In this document: positions 53,857-64,000 of the stretch, piece by piece
Position numbering within the stretch: position 1 is the first letter of the stretch
Layout: each line of letters opens with the position of its first letter
DNA from: Octopus bimaculoides
Lineage: Eukaryota
Assembly (NCBI RefSeq): GCF_001194135.2
Contig: NC_068982.1
Location: 36,290,083-36,354,082, forward strand
Length of the DNA stretch: 64,000 nucleotides
Reading direction: 5' to 3'
Program-made: the position numbers and the translations under genes
Notes under the pieces: generated by a model
Databases searched by the model: none
Seen by the model: the letters and a program-made list of their open reading frames with translations, nothing else
Told to the model about the DNA's origin: nothing

Positions 53857-53951
53857 ATAGGTGCAGGTGTGGTTTTGTGGATAGGTGCAGGTGTGGCAGT
53901 GTGAATAGGTGAAGGTGTGGTTATGTCATAGGTGCAGGTGTGGCTGTGTGG
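53857..53951 (+). repeat. Four tandem 23-24-bp copies of a SINE 5' end
   Basis: ATAGGTGCAGGTGTGGnnnTGTGG-like units start at 53857, 53881, 53905 and 53928; the last continues into the SINE body. Confidence 0.85.
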
Positions 53952-54098
53952 TAAGAAGCTTGCTTCCCAACCACATGATTCCAGGTTCAGACTCACTGCA
54001 TGGCACTTTGGGCAAGTGTCTTCTACTATAGCCTCAGGCTGACCACAGCTTTGTAAGTGGATTTGGTAGATGGAAACTGAAAGAAACCCATCATATAT

Positions 54099-55950
54099 AT
54101 CATCATCATCGTTTAACGTCCGTTTTCCATGCTGGTATGGGTTGGACAGTTCAACTGGGGTCTGGGAAGCCAGGAGGCTGCACCAGGCTCCAGTTTGGTC
54201 TGGCAGTGTTTCTACAGCTGGATGCCCTTCCTAATGCCAACCACTCCGAGAGTGTAGTGGGTGCTTTTTATGTGCCACCGGCACAGTGGCCAGAGGGTGC
54301 TGGCATCGACCACATTCAGATGGTGTTTTTACATGCCACCGGTACAGGAGCCAATCGGGGCAAGGGGGCTAGCATCAACAACGTTTGGATGGTGCTTTTT
54401 ACATGCCACCAACATGGGGAGCCTGTCAGGAGGCGCTGGCAGCAGCCACAACTACAATTTCCATTTGATTGTGGTCTGATTTGATTTTGATGTACTTAAC
54501 ACAATAGGTCTCCTCAAGCACAGCATGTCGCCCTATGATCCAAAGGTACTTTTTGAATGGGCTGGTTATGCGACACTCGTGTAGGCTACAACTATGATCT
54601 CACTGCATTTGCCGGATCTTCTTAGTCACAGCATATCTCCAGAGGTCTCGGTCTTTTGTCATTGCCTCTGTGAGGCCCAATGTTTGAAGGTCATGCTTTA
54701 CCACCTCATCCTATATCTTCCTGGGTCTCCCTCTACCATGGGTTCCTTCCACTGTTTGGGAGTGACACTTCTTCACACAGCTCTCCTCAACCATCCGTAG
54801 TACATGACCATACCAGTACAGACGTCTCTCTTGCATGCTACATCCAATGCTTCTTATGTCCATTTCTCTCAGGGCGCTTACACTGTCGTGTGTGCACACT
54901 GACAATACACGTCTAGTGGATCATGCTAGCTTCATTTCTTTTGAGCCTATGCATGTCTTCAGCAGTCAAAGCCCATGTTTCACTGCTGTGAAGCATGGCA
55001 GTTCGCACACATGCATCGTACAATCTACTTTTCACTCTGAGCGAGAGGCCCTTTGTCACCAGCAAGGATAGAAGCTTTCTGAACTTTGCCGAGGCAATTC
55101 TTATTCTAGTGGTAATGCTCTCTGAACATCCACCCCCACTACAGACTTGGTCCCCTAGGTAGCAGAAGCTATCAACTACTTATTGCCACTGTGCATCTAC
55201 CACACACGAAAGCTATCTTCCCAGTTAATCTTCTTTGATGTTGCTGCACCTCTTATGCATCCATAGCTTACACTGGGTACATCTTACGGAGTTTCTACCT
55301 ACACCTTTTCTACAGATCGAGCAGGGCCCATTTACCTGAAGTGGGGGGGGGGGTGATGTGTTCACCTTCCTACTTACTAGGATTTTGGTTTTTGCAACAT
55401 TGACTCTAAGGCCCTTCGATTCTAAACCTTGCTTCCACACTGAAATTTCTTCTCTAGTTCTGATAGTGATTCTGCTATGAGGGCTAGATCATCAGCATAG
55501 AGGAGCTCTCAGGAGCAATTCCTCTGTTATTGCTTGGAGGACTATGATGAATAAGAGGGGGCTGAGGGCTGATCCTTGGTGGACCCCTACTTCTACCTGG
55601 AATTCTTCACTATACTCATTGCCAAAGCCTAATCTTACTAACGGCATCTCTGTATAGGGCCTGTACAGCTCTTATTAACCATTTGTCAATCCCTAGTTTC
55701 TGTATCGCCCACCAGATAAGGGATTGAGGGACTCTGTCAAAGGCTTTCTCCAAGTCCACAAAAGCCAAGTATAAGGATTTATCTTTGGCTAGGTATTTCT
55801 CCTGCAGTTGCCGTACCAGGAATATAGCATCAGTGGTGCTTCTACCTGGCACAAAACTGAACTGCATCTCATCTAAGCAGACTCTCTCTCTAATTAGTTG
55901 GGCTATGACCCTCTCCGTGACTTTCATCACCTGATCCAGCAGTTTGATAC
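54099..55950 (-). mobile_element. 5'-truncated, degenerate RTE-clade LINE (RT domain to 3' tail)
   Basis: ORF fragments GIKLLDQVMKVTERVIAQLIRERVCLDEMQFSFVPGRSTTDAIFLVRQLQEKYLAKDKSLYLAFVDLEKAFDRVP, WKQGLESKGLRVNVAKTKIL and RRLYWYGHVLRM...GRGRPRK; (CAT)n tail at 54099-54110. Confidence 0.9.
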
Positions 55951-55998
55951 CCATATATATATATATATNNNNNNNNNNTATATATGTATATATATATG

Positions 55999-56031
<33 letters not shown>

Positions 56032-56742
56032 CCATGTATGTGTGTCTGTGTTTGTCCCCACCACCGTTTGACAACTGGTGTCCCCATAACTTAGCAATTT
56101 GGCAAAAGAGATCAATAGAGTAAGTACCAGGCTTAAAAAAAAAAAGTACTGGGGTCAATACATCCAACTATAAATTCTTCAAGGCGGTATCCCAGCATGG
56201 CCATTGTCTAATGACTGAAACAAGATCATATCAAAGTAATATCTAATTTCAGTCAAAACAATGACAAAATGTGCCAACTTATTGTTGTTATTGTGGTAAA
56301 CATATATGCATGTAATTAAATGCCCTTGACATTTGGTTATATTATTTGAACCAATAATAAACAAACTTGTTCGAATAAACAATGTTTTCACTGTTTAACA
56401 AGTTCCAGTTTTCCTTTGCTGAACATATTTAGTACATCCATACAATCTAAATAAGTGAAGTAAGTTATAAATAAAAGCTATAATAGATCATTGAATCATA
56501 AAATATCACTTCTAAATCTTTTAGATTTGTGGAAAATTTGATTTATGCAATGGCTTTTAGAACATAACTCCAAAATAAACATCCATCTTATACAAGATTG
56601 GAAGTTAACTTGGAATAATCTAAATGTAAAAAAATTGTCTTGAAACAAAAAAAACAAAAAAACCCTGAGGTATTTAAGTACTTTTATCATTATTATCTTC
56701 CTGTCGAGATGTATTTTTAATACTTTGTACGTGCCATCATCA

Positions 56743-56780
<38 letters not shown>

Positions 56781-57097
56781 CAAAGACAGTACTTTTAAAA
56801 GGGTGATAGAAGTCAGAATAAAGGATGAAGTTTGACACAATTCTCATCCTGTTGAGGTTCTTTCCAGGGACAATAATGCAGCTACCAATAATGTACAAAA
56901 TATCTTTATGCCAAGTCAAAAGAATTAATAGGATCTAGTAAATTTCAAACTCTTCTTAAATTTTCCGACCTTCTACATAATTTGTAACTTGGTAAATTAA
57001 TTGTTTCTTGAACATTATGACCTTATTGTAGGCTAATATGCAATATTTGTAATACAAGTTTTAAAAAATAAAGTAGGAAAGCAATGTTAGTCTAGAG

Positions 57098-57340
57098 CAG
57101 TGGTTCTCAACTGGGGTTCATGATTTTGGGAACCCATTTTAAGATTATGCTGTTAAAACTTATATGTAATAAATTGGTTATAATTCTACAATACACCAAA
57201 TATTTTTTATACAGTTCCTAATAGTATCTAATTAAAAAAATATAATTTGATATTTTAAACATGGAATGGCTACAATGGTCCATCCAATTAAAGGAGGGAT
57301 CAAAGGGGTCCACAAATAAAAAAATGGTTCAGAACCATTG
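57098..57340. mobile_element. hAT MITE with 8-bp TSD; other copies at ~33130-33343 and 52833-53064
   Basis: TIRs CAGTGGTTCTCAAC / GTTCAGAACCATTG; flanks gtctagag and ttctagag (7/8 identical, central TA). Confidence 0.8.
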
Positions 57341-58549
57341 TTCTAGAGCTAGGAGCAATTCTACTGGATTCTCCACAGAAACAGGGGAAAGAAATAAAAT
57401 AATGCATATGATGGTTATTTGATCAACTATACTCTTTCCTTGCAAATTTGCAATCTTGAGCCAATGTAAAGTTAGCAATTAAGAAACCTCTGTGCAGTGG
57501 TTCAATTTGTTAGAATTAGCAGCCAAATCTCATTTAAAGTTCATCAAACCATCCTAAGGAAAACGTGGACAGATATACTAGATAAATCAGTCCTGAATAT
57601 AATATGCCACAAAAGAAGACAGCATGATCTTGGTTTGAATATTGAGTGAATGATGAAAATTTGGCACACAAAAACATCAGTTCCAACTTCTCATGTGGAC
57701 CAGCTTGGAAAGGATGACTGCATGAAATAAACATTAAAACTTCTAAAAAGCTAAATGTTCTATTAAGTGCAGAGAAACAGCAAAATAACTTCAGATTCTT
57801 CAGCTGTAGCTACACCAGAACCTATAGGATAAAGTAAAAGAACGTGTACATAACTAGAATGTCACACAGCACCCTTTGTAGTTCATTACTGCATGTGAGA
57901 GTGTGCAGTATAGTCCTTAACTTATTGGAGGCACAACATATCTGGAACAATAAATCTGTGGGTCTTGCTTAGTTGTTTGGTTCAGCAAACTGTTAGAATA
58001 CTATAGGACTGCTTCATCAGAACAGACCTGGGACTACACAGCAACATTTTAGGCTAGCAAGAATGTCTATAATTGTTTCAAAAACACAGACCCACCCAAA
58101 CTATAGGATTACAAAGAAGTAACAGTATAAAAAGTTACCAATTGTCATAAGTGAGAAAATAAAAGGCAAAAAGTAAAAACAATATATAACCTTGTCATAG
58201 AAATTGCATTCATAAAGAGCTATTTGCATGTCAAAAGCTGGTATATTGATTTTCCTCACACATTAATTACTATAATTATAAATAGGGTGGCTTACAAAAA
58301 CATGACGGAAATGAAAACAACAACTAAATACAATAAAAATTTCAGTTGAAATTAATTAGAAGCAGTGATTTAGTCAGGTAGTCATGGTAATGTGGGCTGC
58401 AATACTCAAGATGATGCTGATGGAATTGCACAACACTTTTAGATTTGATGAACACTGTGATATAAAATATCAGGATAAAACTGAAATCTAATTTAAAATA
58501 TTTATCTATTTAAATGTGTTAAAGTTATTCCTGAAAGTGTGTGTGTGTG

Positions 58550-58581
<32 letters not shown>

Positions 58582-60703
58582 TGTGTAACAGAAATCTTCA
58601 AAATAGTAAATCACTAGGTACATTTCTATGTACTGATTCAAGAGAGTAAAGTTTTTCTCTTGCTTTCTCAAAAGACACATGTTGATTTGAACCTAATGAA
58701 ATAAGTTCATGAAATAATCACCAACCACGGATATTTCAACTGTTTATAGTGAATAGCACATCCTCATTTTCAACCAGGTATACTGGATCATTAAAAATTA
58801 CATTTGCATGAGGCAAATATTTAAAGCTTGTCAACTTTTTGGAGCTCAGATAAAATCTTCATATCATGTTACATATCCATCAAATTAATTCTGTATTCTT
58901 CAAGGATTGCCAAGTAACTTAAAAACTAACTCAGAGAATACTTTTAAAAAATGGCAAACAATCCTCAGAAAATATCTGATTAAATCTCAGAAGTTTGCAT
59001 GATTAAACAGACCATCAAAGCAAAAACATGAAAATAGCTAATCATTTCTTTTAAAACCTTTGGAACACCAAAACCCAATGAAAATAATTGATCATAATTA
59101 AAAAAATAAATAAAATTCTAATCAGTTCAGATCAACTGAAAAGAACATAAACAAAAGGTGCAGTGGAATAATGGCAGACTGATAGAGAACCAGGACTTCA
59201 GTTTGGTACATGCACTCCTTCCTTTAGTATCAAAGCATAAAATGAAGTCCATGAACTGCTTGAATATCTCTCTGGATGTAGCTGATAGTTTATCTTGGTG
59301 ATTTAATTAACTTTTATAACTGTATGAAGCATATGCCAATCGAAGACTGTTGAGCCTCACAGATGAGATGATGAAAAATCAAAACAAATGGCAATACGCT
59401 GTGTTGCTGTACATTACACACATGACAGTATGGAAGATGTATGTTAAAAACATTTTTATGTGAGTGTATATTTCTTGATATGAAAATATAACAATGATGG
59501 AAATGTTAGTGTCAGGTTATTCTTGATTAAGAAGATCTGTGATTAAAAGCATTCCAGACATGATCATATCAATTCTTACTTTTTCAAGCAAAGTGCACCC
59601 CAGACTTCTTTGTTCAATGTTTCATTTTTTAAAAGACAGTGAGGTTTAAGGCATGTTTGAATTATTTCTTACAAGTTAATCAACCATGCAGAGGCTTTCT
59701 CATTGGTTTCAGAAATATGTTTTTATGTATAGCAACTAGAATGTTATGCTTGATGCCTTTGTTACTGTACATACACTTTAAAGGCATGTATACATTTCAA
59801 ATAATGAAAGATTGACAAGAGAAGAAAGCTTGATTTAGTAAATAAAATCTAACCTAGATAACTCCAAATAGATCAAAATATCAGATAACAATTTTTCTCT
59901 AGAACTTCAGAAACTGATTAGCTCCACAAATGCAATTATATACTTAAGCTTTTATTTAGCGAGGACACACACACGACAATAACAAAACTTAACTGAGAAA
60001 CAGAACAGTAATAATTTTTGATAGCAGTGATTAAGTGATTGATGAAAGGTGTAAGTTAAAAGAAAAGTATCGGAAAAAAAAAAAAGATAGAGAAAAATGT
60101 TATTTCAATATGTAAGAGAAAGTTTGTGATGAAGGACACCATATTGAATATGAATATCAATAGATTTTGTTTCAGAGTAGAAAAAAAAAAAAAGATCAAG
60201 TTGCTGCTTGGCAACAAGTTTCTGAATTTTCCAATAATGGGAAAAATTAAGACAATAAGAAAAAGAGAATGGAAGGGTGGTGGAAATCAATAAATCTTTT
60301 AAACCTAAAATCTCAAATAATATGATTTAAAAAAAAAAAAAAAAAAAAGAATATACTTGCTGACTGGCTTTATCACTCCACCACTCAGGCAGCCCTGACC
60401 CACTCATCTCTCTTGTATTGTTCACTCACCCCTCCCCAGTCCTGCACTAATTCTTAATCTCAGTCCTTCTTCCTCAGGATATCAGCCCTTTGCAATTTTC
60501 CCTGCTCATGTCTTTGCTGCAAGTATTGACCTGCAACAGTTTAAGTGGATCATTAACTGTATCATGTTTACTGGTCTCAGAGGGCTTGAGCATTACCACT
60601 TACCCAAGACTCATCTTGAAAAAAAAAGAAACATTAACATTGGTAACTAAACCTGGTCATTTATGCTGGCATTGTTGTTTAAGTATGGTTACCCATACTG
60701 ATA

Positions 60704-61082
60704 GTGGAAGCACAATGGCCCAGTGGTTAGGGCAGCTGACTCGCAGTCATAGGATCATGGTTTCGATTCCCAGACCTGGCGTTGTGAGTGTTTATTGAGC
60801 GAAAACACCTAAGGCTCCACGAGGCTCCGGCAGGGGATGGTGGCGAACCCTGCTGTACTCTTTCACCACAACTTTCTCTCACTCTTACTTCCTGTTTCTG
60901 TTGTGCCTGTAATTCAAAGGGTCAGCCTTGTCACACTGCGTCACGCTGAATCTCCCCGAGAACTATGTTAAGGGTACACGTGTCTGTGGAGTGCTCAACC
61001 ACTTGCACGTTAATTTCACGAGCAGGCTGTTCCGTTGATCGGATCTACTGAAACCCTCGACGTCGTAAGCGATGGAGTGCCA
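60704..61082 (+). mobile_element. Young tRNA-derived SINE with 13-bp TSD
   Basis: A-box TGGCCCAGTGG (60716-60726), B-box GGTTTCGATTCC (60759-60770); flanked by ACCCATACTGATA at 60691-60703 and 61083-61095. Confidence 0.88.
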
Positions 61083-62991
61083 ACCCATACTGATAACACC
61101 AACTTAGATCAGTCCTATCCAATCTGAAAACACTTCTGTTAATGTAGCACCTCGGACCTCAACATTATGTATCTTTCAGCTTGGATACTTAACCAACAAT
61201 AAATCAGCCAGCACTATTATTTGCTAACAGTTAGAGAATTAAATATCATTTTAACTTTAACTCTTACTTCAAACTGGAGTCAATTTATCATACTCCTTCC
61301 AACTAATACTTCTACAGAAGAAAAAGTTAATATTTTTTGCTTTTTTCAGTTACACCAAAACCTTCCTAAGTAATCTTCTGATCCACTTCTCCTCTGTTAG
61401 TATTAAATGTATTATGCATTTAACTTCTCAGAAATGCAGCAGTTTATTACTTATAACAGTATTTAAAAAAATGTAATTTGTTAATTTTAATTATCAATAA
61501 TTTGTTCAATTTTCAAGAAAAAATGTAACAATTTCAAGAACACTTTTTTAAAAGCAACAAATGTTAACTTTTCTTCCATAGAAGATTAGGTTTAATTTAA
61601 CTAAGCCTAATCAACAATTTAAAATAATTAGCTTATTAAAATGCTTCTTAAGGAATCCCGTTTTCACCCAGATTATTCTTTTCAAAACCTGCTTCTTACC
61701 AAGCTAGAAATATAACCTTTAAACAATTTCATATAAAAGTCAAACATTTCAAATATAACCAGTTCGTTTATATAAACTGCAGGAATACAATACAGTGCTG
61801 CTTCAAGAAATATCAAATAAACAACGAGATTTATTGAATTGAGAAAAATCTGAGCTATATAGCCAAAGGTAATATCAGCCATAGTTTAGCTATTTCAATT
61901 GTAGTTGCTATAAAGTAGGCATTTTTTTCAAAGCAAAACTAAAATACACTGATATATGCTTTAAATATAGAAGTTAATATACTTTAATGCTTCCTGCATA
62001 GGATTTATAGTGATGGAGAAATGAAGAAAGAAAATTGAAATGATAATAACAATAGTAATGCACAACCTCATAATCATGAATGAGAAACTAATATTAAGTA
62101 GGATAGTTATTACAGAAGTAATATAGACTAATGTAAGAGGCATTCCAAAAGAGTCAATATAAATGTAAAAAATATATTCAATTAGTTGAATGTACTTTTA
62201 AGATTTTAAGCGCTGTACCCAAGATATCCCATGAAAAGTAATTGTGAAAGTCTTAGGAATTAAAAGGTTAAACAAATTTTTTATAGTATAGACTTGTAGG
62301 ATTCCAATCATTGGTTCATTTTCAGTAGAAAGATTTAAATCATAAAAGAAAAAAAAAAAAGACTGGTAATTTCTATTAAAATTCTTTATCTGAGGATGTG
62401 GGACAGCATATGGCCCTTTTAAGTTCTACTAAAATGGAGAAAGATCAATGGGAGGTTGGTACAATTTGTTTATTTTGAATTATTGTAGGGTAGTTGACAG
62501 AAGGAAACCAAGTGCAAGGTTCCAGATAAGAGAGAGAGAGAGGTTGGGTGTGAAAACGGATATACATTATGAAGGGATAGATGAATGGAAGGGAGGTTGA
62601 TATAAAGTTAGAAAATCCAGAAAAGCAGAGGCAAGGGAGAACTGAGTTTAATATGAGACCAGTGGATGTTTCCTTGTAGATTGTGTTTGAGGAGCAGATA
62701 TTGTTTGAGGCAGGCAAGCAATAATGTTAGTGTATTGGTACCCAGTAAATAGTTATCAGCCATACAGGGTTATTTGTTGGTGTTGAAGAAGTAACCAACA
62801 TTACATCACAATTTTTGTGATATGTTGGTTACTGGGTCAAAATGAATACCCATGAGAAGTCGTAGGAAATAGTTAAACTTAAATATGCATCTGTGGAAAA
62901 TATGATTTTAGGTGTAAATTTTTTCTTAAAGAAATGTACAGTGTCTGTAATGGTAATTTTTTTTAGAGCTTCAATCCTTAAGAGATATATA

Positions 62992-64000
62992 TGAGAGTTC
63001 TACTGAAAGTAATGTAAAAGTGGGCATTGTTCAACTTGCACATATTGGCAGAGTAATCTTTCTTTAGAGTAACTCTTCTTCTTCGGAGGGATGCAGGCTG
63101 TCCAACATCCACAGAAGGCTACAGGTTGTCTATAGAGACGACTCCATTGACAAGAGCAATGTGCACAGATGGATGAAAAAGTTTAAAAAAATAGAAACCA
63201 GCATTTACTCTATACTGTGAGAGCCCATCAATAGTGACCACAGGCATGAATCATCAGTGGACAAAATGATTTGCATGGACAGACAAGTCATACTCTGTGA
63301 GCTTGCTGCATAACTGGACGGTAGTCACAATGCATTACAGAAGATGGCAGAAAACTTTGGTTATCACGAAATACAAAGTGGATACCTTGGCAGCTGACAC
63401 CCAATTGGAAGGAGAGAAGAGTGGAAGGGTAGAAGTCTGCTCTGATCAGTTGATAGCATTTGAAGCCAATGAAGACATTTTGTTTTTGATCTGGTTGTCA
63501 CCAGGTAAAATTTGGCTGTAGCTTTATGATCTGGAAACAAAGGCTCAGTCCATGAAATGGTGTTACTTCTCTTCTTTAAGGCCTAAAAAAATCAAGAGTT
63601 AGTGATTGGCATAGAAAGTCATGGTGCCTAGGATGACAAAGGCATTGTTCTTCTTGATTTTCTGCAACATTGCTGTACAATGAACAGCATGTAGTACATC
63701 GAGACACTCAAAAAGTTTAGAGAGGTCATTAGGAGGAAGGTAACAAGTTGGAATCTAAACACATCTTTGACAACAAATCAGGCAACTGGCAAATTATGGC
63801 TGATTGGTGGTCCTGTACAGCCTGGATTTGGTACTCTCTGACTCTTATCTGTTTGATCCAATGAAAGATAGTCTTCAAGAACAATAATTTGATGATACAG
63901 CTGCGAAGAAGTCAGTACAACATTGCACACCTGAATATTTGCAAAGAAGATTGGAGAGCTGGGCTAAATGATGGCATTAATGCATTGCTGGTGATAGAGA
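62992..64000 (+). mobile_element. Degenerate mariner element running off the window edge
   Basis: TA|TGAGAGTTCTACTGAAAGT terminus; IHRRLQVVYRDDSIDKSNVHRWMKKFK (HTH); LYDLETKAQSMKW; KGIVLLDFL; pcsldlvlsd-like catalytic remnant near 63812-63845. Confidence 0.75.

Noticed and set aside
53857-53951. Regularly spaced repeats resembling a CRISPR array
   Set aside because: Units are contiguous with no unique spacers, derive from a SINE head, and the DNA is eukaryotic.
55616-56167. 183-aa ORF that appears to be a single RT gene
   Set aside because: Chimera of SINE, microsatellite, N gap and RTE RT fragment.
60704-60780. tRNA-like sequence with A and B boxes (also 26588-26660 and ~20060-20150)
   Set aside because: No complete cloverleaf, and the 60704 and 26588 copies continue into SINE bodies; SINE heads, not tRNA genes.
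61682-61882. Hydrophobic 66-aa minus-strand ORF as candidate AGPAT first exon
   Set aside because: Ends in a stop with no suitable phase-2 donor and no recognisable AGPAT N-terminal similarity.

Overview
AT-rich, microsatellite- and repeat-dense eukaryotic DNA with short N gaps. The SINE, LINE and MITE repertoire points to an octopus (coleoid cephalopod) genome, which is an inference from recalled repeat families. The only host gene I can support is a minus-strand 1-acyl-sn-glycerol-3-phosphate acyltransferase (AGPAT1/2, LPAAT). Five GT-AG exons are present (25824-25688, 10481-10306, 10193-10098, 6325-6253, 5130-4646) and splice into one open frame with all four catalytic motifs (NHQSSLD, FIDR, FPEGTR, IVPV). 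The exon encoding the N-terminus was not found and probably lies beyond 64000. The last exon carries an unusual extension of about 115 aa ending in two related amphipathic helices, one closely resembling an AKAP PKA-RII docking helix; this is the most interesting observation. The rest is intronic or intergenic: Helitron ends, Tc1, mariner, pogo and two hAT transposase relics, piggyBac-like and hAT MITEs, RTE and CR1/L2 LINE fragments, and tRNA-derived SINEs whose internal microsatellites host nested insertions. There are also three local inverted duplications, one with a template-switch signature.
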